Source: Methanobrevibacter sp.
GTDB taxonomy: Archaea > Methanobacteriota > Methanobacteria > Methanobacteriales > Methanobacteriaceae
Direction: 5' to 3'
NCBI RefSeq assembly: GCF_030539665.1
Contig: NZ_JAUNXR010000003.1
Location: 58,326-122,325, forward strand
Length of the DNA: 64,000 nt
In this document: in pieces, positions 63,087-64,000 of the stretch
Numbering within the stretch: position 1 is the first letter of the stretch
Layout of the letters: the number at the start of each line of letters is the position of its first letter
Program-made: the position numbers and the translations under genes
The notes under the pieces: model-generated
The model's input: only the letters and a program-made list of their open reading frames with translations
Told to the model about the DNA's origin: nothing
Databases searched by the model: none

Positions 63087-64000
63087 ATGATTAATCCCGC
63101 TAACAGAACAAAAATGGTAGAGTTATCTCAAATAAGAAAAATGTTTGAAGTGACAAATCCAGATGCAATAAATCTTGGAATTGGAGAGCCTGATTTTGAT
63201 GTTCCTGAAAATATTAAAGCAGCCATGAGTAAAGCGATTGAAGACAACGATACTCATTACACTCCAAATAAAGGTTATGTTGAACTTAGAGAAGAGATCG
63301 TTAAAAAATTTGACAATGACAATAACATTGAAACAGATATAGAAAACGTTATTGTGACAAATGGTGCTAGTGAAGCACTTTATATGTGTGCACAGGCATT
63401 TTTTGAAAAAGGAGATGAAATTCTTCTCCCGGACCCTAGCTTTCTATCTTATGAGGCCTGCATAAACATGAGTGAAGCCACTCCAGTCCCAGTGGAATGT
63501 TCAATGGAAAATAGTTTAAAACTTAAAATTGAAGATGTCAAGGAAAAAATATCCTCAAAAACAAAAGCAATAATGCTAAATTCCCCATGCAATCCATCTG
63601 GAGCTGTTATGGACAAGGAAGACGTAAAAGCAATAGCTGAACTGTCTGAAGACCATGATTTCATCATAATCTCCGATGAAATATATGAAAAAATCATTTA
63701 CGATAAAAAGCATTATTCCCCTGGCGCCTACTGCGATAATGTAATTACAATCAACGGTTTTTCAAAAACATATGCAATGACCGGAATCAGGATTGGATAC
63801 TTGAATGCAGGGGAAAACCTTAATGAAGAACTTTTAAAGATACATCAATATTGTACTGCCTGTGCTAATTCAATAGGTCAAATTGGAGCTATTGAAGCAT
63901 TGAGCGGCCCTCAAGATTCAGTTGAAAAAATGGTTGCTGAATTCAAGAGAAGAAGAGATTTGATTACAAGCCGTTTAATTGATATGGGCTACAACACCCC
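63087..64000 (+). CDS. class I/II pyridoxal-phosphate-dependent aminotransferase (3' partial, runs off window)
   Basis: Hand-translated from ATG 63087: MINPANRTKMVELSQIRKMFE..LGIGEPDFD..NSPCNPSGAV..NGFSKTYAMTGIRIGY. No stop before nt 64000, so it is absent from the ORF track. Confidence 0.9.
   Translation, partial: MINPANRTKMVELSQIRKMFEVTNPDAINLGIGEPDFDVPENIKAAMSKAIEDNDTHYTPNKGYVELREEIVKKFDNDNNIETDIENVIVTNGASEALYMCAQAFFEKGDEILLPDPSFLSYEACINMSEATPVPVECSMENSLKLKIEDVKEKISSKTKAIMLNSPCNPSGAVMDKEDVKAIAELSEDHDFIIISDEIYEKIIYDKKHYSPGAYCDNVITINGFSKTYAMTGIRIGYLNAGENLNEELLKIHQYCTACANSIGQIGAIEALSGPQDSVEKMVAEFKRRRDLITSRLIDMGYNT

Overview
AT-rich euryarchaeal chromosome segment. Gene order and content point to Methanobacteriales, most likely a Methanobrevibacter: pseudomurein-binding repeats, an adhesin-like surface protein, and an MTH1-like SPOUT gene upstream of rpl3. 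All protein calls come from recalled family motifs and synteny; no database search was run.

About 60% of the window is core, minus-strand information-processing DNA:
- Mevalonate/isoprenoid cluster (14.6-8.5 kb): Memo-like, mvk, IPK, fni, RNase J, idsA.
- rps2, ferredoxin, enolase, rpoK, rpoN, rps9, rpl13, rpl18e, rpoD, rps11, rps4, rps13, tRNA-Ser(GGA).
- cbf5, rpl14e, cmk, rpl34e, DUF106, adk, secY, then the complete spc/S10-type ribosomal protein operon up to rpl3 (21.2-37.8 kb).

Flanking regions:
- Left: gltX, an AKR-FeS/nitroreductase/methyltransferase operon, and hcp-cupin with a divergent TrmB-like regulator.
- Right: two RNA methyltransferase-like genes, pycA-birA, a SelA-like PLP enzyme abutting an acidic two-repeat protein, fumarate hydratase beta, DUF2070, an NFACT/RqcH homologue, an MBL hydrolase, two class III signal peptide (pilin-like) genes, a PPAT-ferredoxin-polyferredoxin operon, a 1116-aa adhesin-like protein, a radical SAM gene and a partial aminotransferase.

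The only clearly accessory stretch is about 44.1-48.6 kb. Nearly every recognisable gene there is broken: a DUF4143-type ATPase with an in-frame TAA, a CAT-like fragment, and frameshifted PIN toxin/antitoxin remnants. A 2.8-kb part of it is bracketed by an imperfect ~100-bp inverted repeat with no recombinase in sight. This is the most unusual structure I can see directly in the sequence.

I found no CRISPR array, rRNA, IS element or prophage. Two real genes below the ORF-track length cutoff (rpoN, rps14) and a 3'-partial aminotransferase were added by hand. Several ORF-track N-termini were trimmed to starts with a proper Shine-Dalgarno.
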